The notes under the pieces are model-generated. The model had not been told where the DNA came from and did not search any database. It was given only the letters and a program-made list of their open reading frames with translations. Of a stretch of 38,073 bases of DNA, positions 36,221 through 38,073 are shown piece after piece. Positions within the stretch are counted from its first letter, which is position 1; each line of letters begins with the position of its first letter. Source of the stretch: a virus (Duplodnaviria; Caudoviricetes); IMG/VR virus record IMGVR_UViG_3300049436_000062, positions 1 to 38,073 of that record; one strand, written 5' to 3'. A program made the position numbers and the translations under genes.

Positions 36221-36793
36221 ATGGAAATCACGATTCACGGAAACACGTACGAAATAAAGCCGCTGGCCAACCTGTGCGGGGCCAACCTGTGCGGGGCCAA
36301 CCTGTGCGGGGCCAACCTGTGCGGGGCCAACCTGTGGGGGGCCAACCTGCACTGGGCCAACCTGCACGGGGCTGACCTGCGCGGGGCCAACCTGTGCGTG
36401 GCCGACCTGCGCGGGGCCAACCTGCGCGGGGCCAACCTGTGTGAGGCCAGCCTGAGCGGGGCGCAGTTACCACCCTACCAGATCGCTCAGGGGGTACTCC
36501 GGGTGTGGAAAAAGGTGCAAGCTCACTCCGCCTCCAGAGTAATCGAGCTGGAGATCCCGAGAGATGTGGCGCGCACAGGGTCACTAGTTGGGCGGAAATG
36601 CCGCGCAGCGGCTGCGATCGTGGTTGGGGGGCTAGCCGTAGGAGAAACTGCGCGGTCTGTACATGACCGAAATTTTATTTACACCCTCGGTCGCGTGGTG
36701 CGCCCCACTGAACCGTACAATGATGATCCTCGTATCGAGTGCGCCCCGGGCATCCATTTTTTCCTGACCCGTCGAGAGGCGGAGGAGTACTAA
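36221..36793 (+). CDS. pentapeptide-repeat protein with DUF5758-like C-terminal domain
   Basis: 13 A(N/D)Lxx units; WKK, RKCRA and ECAPGIHFF motifs. Confidence 0.85.
   Translation: MEITIHGNTYEIKPLANLCGANLCGANLCGANLCGANLWGANLHWANLHGADLRGANLCVADLRGANLRGANLCEASLSGAQLPPYQIAQGVLRVWKKVQAHSASRVIELEIPRDVARTGSLVGRKCRAAAAIVVGGLAVGETARSVHDRNFIYTLGRVVRPTEPYNDDPRIECAPGIHFFLTRREAEEY
36266..36460 (+). repeat. 15-bp coding tandem repeat GCCAACCTGTGCGGG x13 (degenerating)
   Basis: first four units identical, later units diverge; encodes the pentapeptide repeats. Confidence 0.95.
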
Positions 36794-37138
36794 ATGTCAC
36801 ACAAGGACCAATCCAACGGCTGCGCGCCCACGCTGCTTTTCTTTCTGCTTGCGTATCTGATCCTGCGCTTTGGCTGCGGCTGCGGTGTGGCGCCCCTACA
36901 GGGCTGGGACCTGGACACGTGCGGCACGCATCCGATCACCCAGGAGCCGATTTACTGCGCATGTATCCGCGCGTGCCCCGGGGAGCACCAATGCACCCTG
37001 CACGTGGGCACGTGCGATCCGCTTGCAAAAGACCGTTGCCCTGTGATAGAGGGCTATTCTCCAGCTCCAGAGGCAATCTGGGAGCTTGCTGACCGACCCT
37101 GTACTGACTCGCCTAACCACATGGAGATTCCGCGATGA
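36794..37138 (+). CDS. small Cys-rich exported/membrane protein
   Basis: hydrophobic LLFFLLAYLIL followed by GCGC; 11 Cys in 114 aa. Confidence 0.6.
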   Translation: MSHKDQSNGCAPTLLFFLLAYLILRFGCGCGVAPLQGWDLDTCGTHPITQEPIYCACIRACPGEHQCTLHVGTCDPLAKDRCPVIEGYSPAPEAIWELADRPCTDSPNHMEIPR

Positions 37139-37422
37139 CCCAAACCAATAACGCCAAGTCGACCCGAGAGATCACGTCCGAGCAGCTTCGCACCCTGGCC
37201 AAGGTGGCCGCAGGCGTGAGCACAGTCCGGGAGCTGGCCACGGCCACCAAGGCGAGCTACAGCACGGTCAACGGGCGCGTGCTGGCGCTGTACGATAAGG
37301 AATACATCGAATTCCAGAACCCTGACCTGGACGCCAAGGTGAACCAGGGCCGTCGGGGCCGCAAGGCGTTCAAGATCGCGATCACCGCAGCGGGCAAGGG
37401 CGCGCTCAAGCGCCTGTCCTAG
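37135..37422 (+). CDS. winged-helix DNA-binding protein
   Basis: TVRELATAT..SYSTV....L and wing GRK...ITAAGK, MarR-like; GGAG SD. Confidence 0.7.
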   Translation: MTQTNNAKSTREITSEQLRTLAKVAAGVSTVRELATATKASYSTVNGRVLALYDKEYIEFQNPDLDAKVNQGRRGRKAFKIAITAAGKGALKRLS

Positions 37423-37446
37423 TACCGCGAGAAAAGGAGCACGAAC

Positions 37447-37992
37447 ATGGAAGACAACTACGACACCAAAATTGGCATGCTCTTGGCTGAGATCGCCAAA
37501 GCCGCCATTGGGAACGATCCCCAGCGTTGGCAGAAAATCTACGACAACGCATGGGCCGGGCTGACCCCGACCGAGCGCGAAAACGTGCTGGACACCGCTG
37601 CTAAAGAGCCCCAGCGCTTCCTGCCTGATGAATTGGTATTCTTCGCATCCAAGCGCATGGAGCGCGCACGCCAGGAAGCACAATCTGAGCGTGAGACCCA
37701 AGCACAGCCCGCGAGTCCGCTCAGTGAGGGGGCTCGACTCGAATTAGAGCTTTTCCAGCGCCAGAGCGTGTACACCCAGACGCTGGCGCTCATGGGGTAC
37801 TACGCCAAGCGTAAGCAGGTGATGGGCCTGCCCATGTCCGTGAACCCCCACATGGTGGAGATGCTGGGCAGTCAAGAGGCTTGGGACACGTTCGAGGCGG
37901 CCATGCAAGAATGGAGCGATACGAACATCCCACCTCGCTGCGGTTACGAGAGCCCGTCTGACCCCTTCGGGGCCCGGCTTGTGCGCTTGTAA
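37447..37992 (+). CDS. hypothetical protein
   Basis: AAGGAG SD; 181 aa helical. Confidence 0.7.
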   Translation: MEDNYDTKIGMLLAEIAKAAIGNDPQRWQKIYDNAWAGLTPTERENVLDTAAKEPQRFLPDELVFFASKRMERARQEAQSERETQAQPASPLSEGARLELELFQRQSVYTQTLALMGYYAKRKQVMGLPMSVNPHMVEMLGSQEAWDTFEAAMQEWSDTNIPPRCGYESPSDPFGARLVRL

Positions 37993-38073
37993 ATAGTTGA
38001 CAGAATAAAAGGCTAATAGTTCCGCCTACTTATCATCGGAACCCTTTTAGCCTACACGCTCCCGCCATTCAGG

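Noticed and set aside
36266-36460. Tandem repeats resembling a CRISPR array
   Set aside because: No spacers; the 15-bp period is in frame and encodes pentapeptide repeats
1-38073. Prophage, transposon or protelomerase-type linear replicon suggested by the 6-bp inverted ends
   Set aside because: No integrase, transposase, protelomerase or partition genes recognised

Overview
This window looks like a complete or near-complete ~38 kb genome of a GC-rich tailed dsDNA phage (siphovirus-like), with every credible gene on the + strand. Gene order: packaging (TerS, TerL), portal, scaffold, major capsid, head-tail, major tail, frameshifted tail chaperones, tape measure, tail tip, lysis (amidase, holin), then replication and nucleotide metabolism (SSB-like, Dam-type methylase, PolA, RuvC-like, RNA ligase, Cas4-like nuclease, DUF5664-like, SF2 helicase, HD hydrolase, PrimPol-VirE), and small accessory genes. 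I recognise no integrase, tRNA or CRISPR array. A myxobacterial host is a tentative inference from DAG/DGG-rich exported proteins. Most notable: (1) two related GATC-saturated iteron elements at ~22.8 kb and ~35.6 kb bracket the replication module, suggesting a bipartite and possibly methylation-gated origin; (2) three consecutive signal-peptide-bearing, Cys-containing proteins (one an esterase, one a beta-helix) sit inside the tail-tip operon; (3) the two ends join into a 12-bp palindrome followed by phased GCTGTCAA boxes, resembling a cos site; (4) PolA and TerL carry non-canonical catalytic motifs. All family calls come from motif recognition by eye; no database search was run.
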